NCBI GenBank assembly: GCA_963663475.2
Contig: CAXXJV010000001.1
Span: 320,001 to 384,000 of the forward strand
Reading direction: 5' to 3'
Length of the DNA stretch: 64,000 bases
Origin: Candidatus Cloacimonadales bacterium
GTDB lineage: Bacteria > Cloacimonadota > Cloacimonadia > Cloacimonadales > JAFGVF01
Part shown: one piece after another, positions 59,400 to 64,000 of the stretch
Layout of the letters: each line of letters begins with the position of its first letter
Numbering within the stretch: the stretch's first letter is position 1
Program-made: the position numbers and the translations under genes
Notes under the pieces: model-generated
Database searches by the model: none
What the model was told of the DNA's origin: nothing
Seen by the model: the letters and a program-made list of their open reading frames with translations, nothing else

Positions 59400-59929
59400 T
59401 AATCTCCCTCAGCTATTCTTTGTCTTATTTTAGGAGCTAATACTAAGGCTATTAGCATTTTACATAAATCACCTACAAGGAAAATCCAATAAATAGGAAG
59501 AGATTTAACCCAACCCTGAGGAAATCTATATATTAACCAAACAATACCTAAAAAATGGATTATTAAGAATCCCGCAAGAAGTGCTACTATATCCTTAATT
59601 CTGTTTGGTTTTCTAGAAGATATCAATGAGATTATAAAACTTGCTAAAAGATAACCTAGAAGATAGCCTCCCGTAGGTCCGTAAAAATGATGTAAACCTC
59701 CACTTGCCCCAGAAAATACTGGTAAGCCCAGGCCTCCAAGCAAAAGATAGATTGTAACCGAAGTTACAGACCATTTTACTGGCAAGACTAAGGCAAGAAT
59801 AAATATAAACAAATTCGCAAGCACTATAGGCACTATTCCTGTTGGAATAGTAATATAAGAGCCTATTATTATTAATGAAGTGAAAAGAGAAGCATATATC
59901 ATTAGCTTTATACTATTGTTTCTTTGCAT
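59399..59929 (-). CDS. bioY: Biotin transporter S component
   Basis: VPIVLAN, YLLLGGLGLPVFSG, GPTGGYLLGY, GDLCK; ATG at 59929 preferred over the TTG at 59938. Confidence 0.93.
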   Translation of the reverse strand: MQRNNSIKLMIYASLFTSLIIIGSYITIPTGIVPIVLANLFIFILALVLPVKWSVTSVTIYLLLGGLGLPVFSGASGGLHHFYGPTGGYLLGYLLASFIISLISSRKPNRIKDIVALLAGFLIIHFLGIVWLIYRFPQGWVKSLPIYWIFLVGDLCKMLIALVLAPKIRQRIAEGD

Positions 59930-59931
59930 AT

Positions 59932-59962
59932 TAGTCAACCTTTATAAATATAGTTTTGACTA
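59932..59962. promoter_or_regulatory. Possible BirA-like operator
   Basis: Spaced palindrome TAGTCAA-N17-TTGACTA over the bioY RBS; only approximately matches the TGTAAACC-N14/15-GGTTTACA consensus. Confidence 0.35.
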
Positions 59963-60066
59963 TCTTTTTTAGCTTAGAAATTAAGTCAAGCAGATTAGGC
60001 AGTTATTTGAGTAAAATCATATTTCCACTCTACTTTAGAGAGAGCCATTATAGATTTCTATTTTTT

Positions 60067-60531
60067 GGCTCTTGTTCAAGTCTGGTGGTAAATAAGAGAC
60101 TTTCATTATAGCATATTGATTGAATAATAGAAAGTTACAAGTAAGAATATACCATAGACTTATTATAATCCCAAATGGTGCAATAGAGCTTTAGAGAAGA
60201 GTGCAAATTCTTTTAGCAAAATAGCTTGCAGAATTTTGACGCATATAATATATATATTCGGAAGAATTATGTAAGTTACTTTTGCAAAAGAATATTCTGC
60301 TATTCTCAAAGATCTATTACATTATTTGGGATAATACATTATTTATCATTTTATTAAACCCTTACAGGGTAATATCTTTGGACTAGCCATCATTACCCAG
60401 GGTTGCGATACTTTCAGCATCTTACCCTAGGCTAAATTATTTTATCCCTTTCAGGGATTTTTGATGAATCAATATAGTAATGAAATATTCTCATTTTCCT
60501 ATATTTTTCCCACCAGACTTGAACTTGAGCC
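60067..60531 (-). mobile_element. MITE-A copy with internal deletion and nested MITE-B
   Basis: Both IRs present; flanks TATTTTTT / TATTTTTC (7/8 TSD). Confidence 0.9.
60170..60330. mobile_element. MITE-B, 161 bp, nested in MITE-A at a second site
   Basis: CCCAAATGGTGCAATAGAGCTTT ... AAAGATCTATTACATTATTTGGG; ATAAT on both sides; the empty site is visible in the 27801 copy. Confidence 0.88.
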
Positions 60532-60554
60532 TATTTTTCAGGGTTTTAGCAAAA

Positions 60555-60591
60555 CAAAAAAAAAGCTAACTTAATTTTATAAGTTAGCTTT
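60555..60591 (-). terminator. Intrinsic terminator of the glmL operon
   Basis: AAAGCTAACTTA...TAAGTTAGCTTT with an A run giving a U tract on the minus strand. Confidence 0.8.
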
Positions 60592-60616
60592 GTAATTTAT
60601 TAGTTATGTTATGAAA

Positions 60617-61750
60617 TTATTCTTCAATAACCTCAACGTTAGCACGAGGAATAAGAACTTCCTTGCCATTGTTAAGTTTAGCTTTAAGAACTCTCACAAG
60701 AGTTTCAGATTCAACTTCTGTAAGTGGTTCAGGCAATTCGGTAATTCTACCAATTTCACCAAAGTCAGGTTGTCTAATAACACGGATAAGAGATCCTATT
60801 TCTAAAGAAGCCATTTCTGCGTCTTTAACGATAAGCTCTTCACCTTCTTTCATAGGAAGAGGGATAATAACTTCAGGTCTCATAACACCAGCACGAATTT
60901 GTGTAAATCCGTGAACAGATGCTTTACGACCTTGGAATTTTTTAAGAAGTTCAAAAGTATTTTTTGCCATAGTAATTGGTCCAAAACCTTCAGTAACAAT
61001 TAAGGTAACACCAATTTTTTCATGACCAGTAATAGCCACACCTATATCATAGCCAAGCAATTTTTTAAGATCTTGGTCATCAACACCACCAGAGATAATT
61101 GCAGCAACACCAATTTGAGCAGCCTTCTTAATAGCTTCAAGTGAGCATAATGCACCAGCTACAATTACTTTACCCTTACAGTCAGGAGTAATACTTGCAG
61201 GATCAAGATGGTCATCTGGTGATTTAGCTAACATCTTAATTTCACCGCTAGTTTCACCAGCTAATCCAAAGATACCTTGGATATAAGCAGATCTATTTTC
61301 AATAATAACACCTTCATCAGGGATAACATCAGTTACCACACCATCGATGAAAGCTTTGATTTCTACTGGAATTCTAGGTTCTCTAAGAACAGCATTACCT
61401 GTTGCTGGAGAGACACTTTCAACTTCACCATCTATAGGAGATTTAACGCTAGATTTGAAAAGTCCAGTACCGAAAAGACCTTTAGTTTCAGCTAAAATTT
61501 GATCTTTTTTGATATGGTCTCCAACTTTTACTTTTAAGAAGTTACCTAACATCTGTGGGGTAACACCTAACTTATTTGCTATTTTATAAGGAACAACATT
61601 ACCAGGTAAAGAAGTTTTAGCTACGATATCATCAGCTTTAACTCTGTCTCCTTTTTTAACTGTAACTTCCCCTTTCAAAGGAAGAATTCTTTCTTTTTTC
61701 AGAACAATATTCTCGGTTACTGTCAATCCGGCTGAATATGCTTGTGCCAT
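60617..61750 (-). CDS. Conserved hypothetical protein with repeated barrel-sandwich (biotinyl/lipoyl-like) motifs and a KOW-like C-terminus
   Basis: VKKGDRVKADDIVA, VKVGDHIKKDQILA, SPIDGEV, AFIDGVV repeats; GSLIRVIRQPDFGEIG. Confidence 0.8.
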   Translation of the reverse strand: MAQAYSAGLTVTENIVLKKERILPLKGEVTVKKGDRVKADDIVAKTSLPGNVVPYKIANKLGVTPQMLGNFLKVKVGDHIKKDQILAETKGLFGTGLFKSSVKSPIDGEVESVSPATGNAVLREPRIPVEIKAFIDGVVTDVIPDEGVIIENRSAYIQGIFGLAGETSGEIKMLAKSPDDHLDPASITPDCKGKVIVAGALCSLEAIKKAAQIGVAAIISGGVDDQDLKKLLGYDIGVAITGHEKIGVTLIVTEGFGPITMAKNTFELLKKFQGRKASVHGFTQIRAGVMRPEVIIPLPMKEGEELIVKDAEMASLEIGSLIRVIRQPDFGEIGRITELPEPLTEVESETLVRVLKAKLNNGKEVLIPRANVEVIEE

Positions 61751-61759
61751 TATTTCCTC

Positions 61760-63637
61760 CTATTTAAGTTTTTCTTGTGGGTAAGCTTTAAGTTCTCTCA
61801 TCCATTTAAGGAGACGAGGGACACGTTCAGCTGTTTCTACAGGTAAGACAAATGGTTGTCTTCCGCGAGTATCAAGTACGATACCAACTTCACCACCAGT
61901 TAATTCAGTTGTAATTTCTTGATTTTTACCAGCACCAATATCTAGTCCTCTACCAGGTTTTAGTACAGCTTTAGCAACTGAGCCAGTAGGACAAGGCAAT
62001 AATCTGATTTCACCAAATGGTATTTTTTCTTCAAAGACACTACCATCTGGGAGTTCAATTTTAGCTTCAAGAGCTATTTTGCCTTCTTTAATTTTTCCTA
62101 CAGGAGCAACACAAGAACCTATGTAAATCATACAGTCTTTATTGAAAACTTCAGTAGCAATTTCTTCATTAATAGAAGCTAAAACACCTAAGTGAGGCAT
62201 CATGAAAATAGAGTCAACAGCTAGCTTAGTAATACCTTCAGGTAAGAAAGCATCAATAAGCATCATCATAGTTTGATGTCTTCTAGGAGCATGTGATAAA
62301 ACACCACCAGAACCAACTAAGAGGTCAAGGGTAAGCATATTAACAATAGTATCGCCAGATTCAGATTGTGAGAAAGCTTCAGCAATATCAGAATTCTTTT
62401 GAGTACCTTTAAGATTAACAGCAAACTCTTTATGTTGAATAAAAGCAAGTCTGAGAGCTTCTTTAGCAATAGCTTGTTCAAGCACAAGTTCTTGGAAAAG
62501 AGCTGGAATAGTAGTAGGTCTAATCATTTTATTCTTAATCATATTTCTAAGTTCTTTGACATCAATATCAAAAGGAACCCAGCGAAGGATATTATCCAAG
62601 CCAGCACTAGCAAGAACATTAGAAATAGAGTAACTCATACCAAGGTTAGCAGAAACAGTTCTATTAAAAACAAAATCTTCAGTAAATACGGAGAAAACGT
62701 CAGTAGTAGCACCACCGATATCAACACCTAGAACTTCAATATTTTCTTGTTTTGCAATAGTCTGCATAATATTACCAACAGCAGCTGGAGTAGGCATAAT
62801 TGGAACTGGTTTGAGGTCTGGTCCTACAGTCCATGCCATTAATTTATTATAACCTGGGGCTTGTTGCATAACGTGTTCCATAAAGATTTCATGAATTTCA
62901 TCACGAGCAGGCCCTAAGTTTTCTCTTTCGAGAGTAGGTCGAAGATTATCAGTAATCATTAAATCAACTTTATCACCTAAAGTCTTTTTAATTTCTTCTC
63001 TAGCTTGTATTGTACCTGCATAAATAACAGGAAGTTTGTAGCTTGAACCAAGTCTTGGTTTAGGATCAGCAGCACCAACCAACTCAGCCATTTCGATAAC
63101 ATGTTTGTTACTTGTAGCGTTATCGGTGTGACCAGCCATAAGAATCATATCAGGTCTTAAATGACGAATACGCTCAATTTTTTCATGATCCATTCTTTGA
63201 TCATTACTTGCAATTAAGTCCATAACAATGGCACCTGCACCTAGAGCTGCTCTTTCAGCTGATTCACCAGTCATTTTAGCAACAACACCAGTAACCATCA
63301 TTTGAAGTCCACCACCAGCAGATGATGTTGATACATAAGCATCAGCTCCAATATCACCTTTTCTAGGAATAATAAGTTTAGAATCTTGAATTAAGGAGAT
63401 ATTAGGATTGTTATATTTCAATCTAGCTAATTCTTCTAATTCTTGCACAGCATTTAAAACTCCGCGGGTAACATCATTCAATGGTGCTTCAACTGTAGTA
63501 GGAGCTTCACCACGCACTGTTTGTCGGTATTCACCATCAACATATTCAATAAGGATAGCTTTGGTAGTAGTAGAACCGCAATCAGTAGCAATGATACGAG
63601 TCAATTTTTTCTTCTCGTACTGCATTATTTCCTCCAT
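61760..63637 (-). CDS. GlmL/MutL-family (glutamate mutase L-like) ASKHA ATPase
   Basis: DCGSTTTKA, SSAGGGL, MPTPAAV, DIGGATTDVFS, RTVSANLGMSYS, GSGGVLSHAP. Confidence 0.92.
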   Translation of the reverse strand: MEEIMQYEKKKLTRIIATDCGSTTTKAILIEYVDGEYRQTVRGEAPTTVEAPLNDVTRGVLNAVQELEELARLKYNNPNISLIQDSKLIIPRKGDIGADAYVSTSSAGGGLQMMVTGVVAKMTGESAERAALGAGAIVMDLIASNDQRMDHEKIERIRHLRPDMILMAGHTDNATSNKHVIEMAELVGAADPKPRLGSSYKLPVIYAGTIQAREEIKKTLGDKVDLMITDNLRPTLERENLGPARDEIHEIFMEHVMQQAPGYNKLMAWTVGPDLKPVPIMPTPAAVGNIMQTIAKQENIEVLGVDIGGATTDVFSVFTEDFVFNRTVSANLGMSYSISNVLASAGLDNILRWVPFDIDVKELRNMIKNKMIRPTTIPALFQELVLEQAIAKEALRLAFIQHKEFAVNLKGTQKNSDIAEAFSQSESGDTIVNMLTLDLLVGSGGVLSHAPRRHQTMMMLIDAFLPEGITKLAVDSIFMMPHLGVLASINEEIATEVFNKDCMIYIGSCVAPVGKIKEGKIALEAKIELPDGSVFEEKIPFGEIRLLPCPTGSVAKAVLKPGRGLDIGAGKNQEITTELTGGEVGIVLDTRGRQPFVLPVETAERVPRLLKWMRELKAYPQEKLK

Positions 63638-63646
63638 TTATAATAA

Positions 63647-64000
63647 TTATTTATTTCTTCTCCAAAATAGAAAAATCTTCTTAAATCTTTGATTTCTCTT
63701 TCTGCGTCTAATTCTTCTTTTTTCATACTTTTCTCTATTAATTTCAACATCTAATTCATCAATTCTCATAGCTAACATTTTGAGATATTTATCTTCTTCT
63801 ATGAGAGCAGCAAACTCTTGGTAACTCTTTGAGTCAAAGATAATTTCGGCAACAGGTAAGACAAAATAAAGTAGCTGACTTCCAATATGGTTTAACGGCA
63901 TAAACATCTCAGTTGCAATCAATGCAGGTGCTGCCATATTTCTTTCAACAACAAACCTAGCTACCTTTTCAATCAAGTGAACAGCTCTTTCTTCAGAAAT
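63647..64000 (-). CDS. Conserved hypothetical protein, 5'-truncated by window edge
   Basis: Frame open to the window end (ISEERAVHLIEKVARF...); RBS-spaced junction to glmL. Confidence 0.8.
   Translation of the reverse strand: MSEERAVHLIEKVARFVVERNMAAPALIATEMFMPLNHIGSQLLYFVLPVAEIIFDSKSYQEFAALIEEDKYLKMLAMRIDELDVEINREKYEKRRIRRRKRNQRFKKIFLFWRRNK

Noticed and set aside
540-63692. Numerous 60-110-aa ORFs antisense to or overlapping annotated genes
   Set aside because: Shadow ORFs with no motifs or RBS, lying over well-supported genes.

Overview
AT-rich chromosomal window from an anaerobic diderm bacterium. It is most likely Cloacimonadota or a related FCB-group lineage; this is an inference from six secreted proteins ending in a 'YPNPFNPET...KMxLxK' FlgD-Ig/T9SS-type C-terminal domain. 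Core genes: rplM-rpsI-rpsB-tsf-pyrH-frr with an S2-type leader RNA; rpsU-cvpA-mutS2-dnaG-rpoD; dapA; an M16C peptidase; a C25 gingipain-like protease; an ABC-F ATPase; a phnDCE-type ABC transporter; a superoxide reductase/rubrerythrin/rubredoxin/ferritin-like cluster; tldD/tldE; a RluA-family gene; a FadL-like porin; an AbiEi/AbiEii TA pair; pepD; a SagB-type nitroreductase; a BioY-ECF transporter; and an orphan GlmL/MutL operon. No rRNA, tRNA or CRISPR array was found. The intergenic DNA is dense in small mobile and structured elements. (1) One IS3-family element has a 3-bp TSD and an apparently defective frameshift site. (2) A ~475-bp MITE family (8-bp TSD) carries a REPIN-like palindrome, and a 161-bp MITE family inserted twice independently into it. 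(3) Several REP-like families are present. (4) A ~306-bp duplication of the tldE 3' end brackets a secreted-protein gene. (5) Two 35-36-bp perfect hairpins show compensatory changes; one heads a structured leader in front of a small basic orphan protein, which is the best candidate here for an undescribed system.
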